A stretch of 63,686 bases of DNA, the filler included, from Octopus bimaculoides (lineage: Eukaryota): NCBI RefSeq assembly GCF_001194135.2. It is 6 parts of 6 records of this genome, joined end to end, with 100 filler letters (N's around TTAATTAATTAA, not from the genome) between each part and the next. Parts side by side here need not be neighbours in the genome. Positions count along the whole stretch, not along the records: positions 60,463 to 62,554 come from NW_026340295.1; positions 62,655 to 63,686 come from NW_026381202.1; 4 more parts are not named here. One strand, given 5' to 3'. The notes beneath the pieces were generated by a model. That model saw only the letters and a program-made list of their open reading frames with translations, was not told where the DNA came from and did not search any database. A program made the position numbers and the translations under genes. Below are positions 62,506 through 63,686 of the stretch, piece after piece (position 1 is the first letter of the stretch; every line of letters begins with the position of its first letter).

Positions 62506-63686
62506 AATAATAATAATGATAATAATAATAATAATAATAATAATGAAGATGATGNNNNNNNNNNNNNNNNNNNNNNNNNNNNNNNNNNNNNNNNNNNNTT
62601 AATTAATTAANNNNNNNNNNNNNNNNNNNNNNNNNNNNNNNNNNNNNNNNNNNNTAAATTAATTTCTAATTTTTTTTACCATGTTATTTACATGTTAATA
62701 TTACCGTTCGAAACAATCGTATGGATGGATTAAATTCTTTTTAAACTTTTGACACCTTTTCTTCTCCATCTTTAATAGTTTGTTGAGTTTCTATTGGATG
62801 TGTTCTATAAATGCTCATAACGCACCTTATACTTGTAGCATTTTCATATTCGAAAACAACTTACAACAGTAAGTTAATGTAATATGAAGAATCTTTATTA
62901 GAAATCGACCTTTGGAACCTCGTAAAGTAAAGGATGAAATAGAACTCATAGGAGTCGACTTCAGGTCTTCAGCGTCACTCGGGCTCATTCCAGATTTCGC
63001 ATTAGACACATGACTGCTCGAGGAATTTCAAGTTTTCCCGCTTTATAAGCCACAAATGGCTTATTTTTAAAAATATTTATGACTATGTCTTTCTCTATTT
63101 CTAAGTTAAGGGTAAAAATAAAGCAACCCTGCAAAACACGACTGATCTTTACACACAGACGCACAGAATAGCAGCAATCAAATAAAGACAGCGGAGTGCA
63201 CAACAAACATCACCGATCTGACTGTCGCCTGTACTCTTGACAAGAGATGCCAGTTAGTCTTTTACACCCACCAGACTCGTATGTATTAGTCCGAGTTGCA
63301 GGATAATTTTTCGTTCCTTTATGAGTATTGTAGAACGCAAACTTTTCATAGATTGGAATTTAAATCCTAATCTCAAGAGAAATTTATTGTTTCAAGAAAA
63401 CATTGAATTACTATTAATTATCACGATTATAGATGACAACTTGGGCTGTAACGTCTGAGCCCGAGTCAGGCGCGTGTGAACGAAGTCGAGAGAACGTCTG
63501 CTACGAATGATATTTTTTGACACAGGGCCTATCTAAGACGACCGCCAGACGCTGAACAAAAATAAATGAACTGCGACCAGGCTCAATAAAGGGAGCTCGA
63601 GTTATTGGCTGCAATTACATACTTGAAGTCAGTGTAGGCAGAAATTAAATCAGTTTGGAAAGACACATTCACTTTACTAAATTTAT

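Noticed and set aside
1-63686. CRISPR arrays, rRNA, prokaryotic operons
   Set aside because: No regularly spaced repeat-spacer array, rRNA-like sequence or gene-dense coding region is present.

Overview
AT-rich, gap-riddled eukaryotic draft scaffold, very probably an octopus (inferred from the SINE families, microsatellite load and element mix; not verifiable here). No long intact ORF is present. Most of the window is repeats: tRNA-derived SINEs (at least four families), CR1/L2-type and Dong/R4-type LINE fragments, Penelope-like element (PLE) remnants, Tc1/mariner (maT-like and Tc1-like) remnants, MITEs, a DINE-1/Helentron-like element and many microsatellites. Two things are not explained by the ORF track. 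(1) A set of minimal type-I hammerhead ribozyme motifs from several unrelated small-element families: 2 with a complete catalytic core and GUC site (25747-25791 minus, 45796-45838 plus), 2 near-complete (39093-39141, 29163-29241) and several relics. They show the short or palindromic stem III typical of PLE ribozymes and a recurrent non-Watson-Crick pair closing stem II. (2) A phase-consistent chain of very small plus-strand exon candidates (15-104 nt, about 22.5-45.4 kb) that would encode part of an N-glycosylated ectodomain followed by one transmembrane helix; three of the ribozymes would be sense-strand intronic in this gene. A diverged duplicated segment at 4.7 and 9.4 kb may be a decayed intronless Cys-loop-receptor-like sequence (weak). 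All calls were made by eye.
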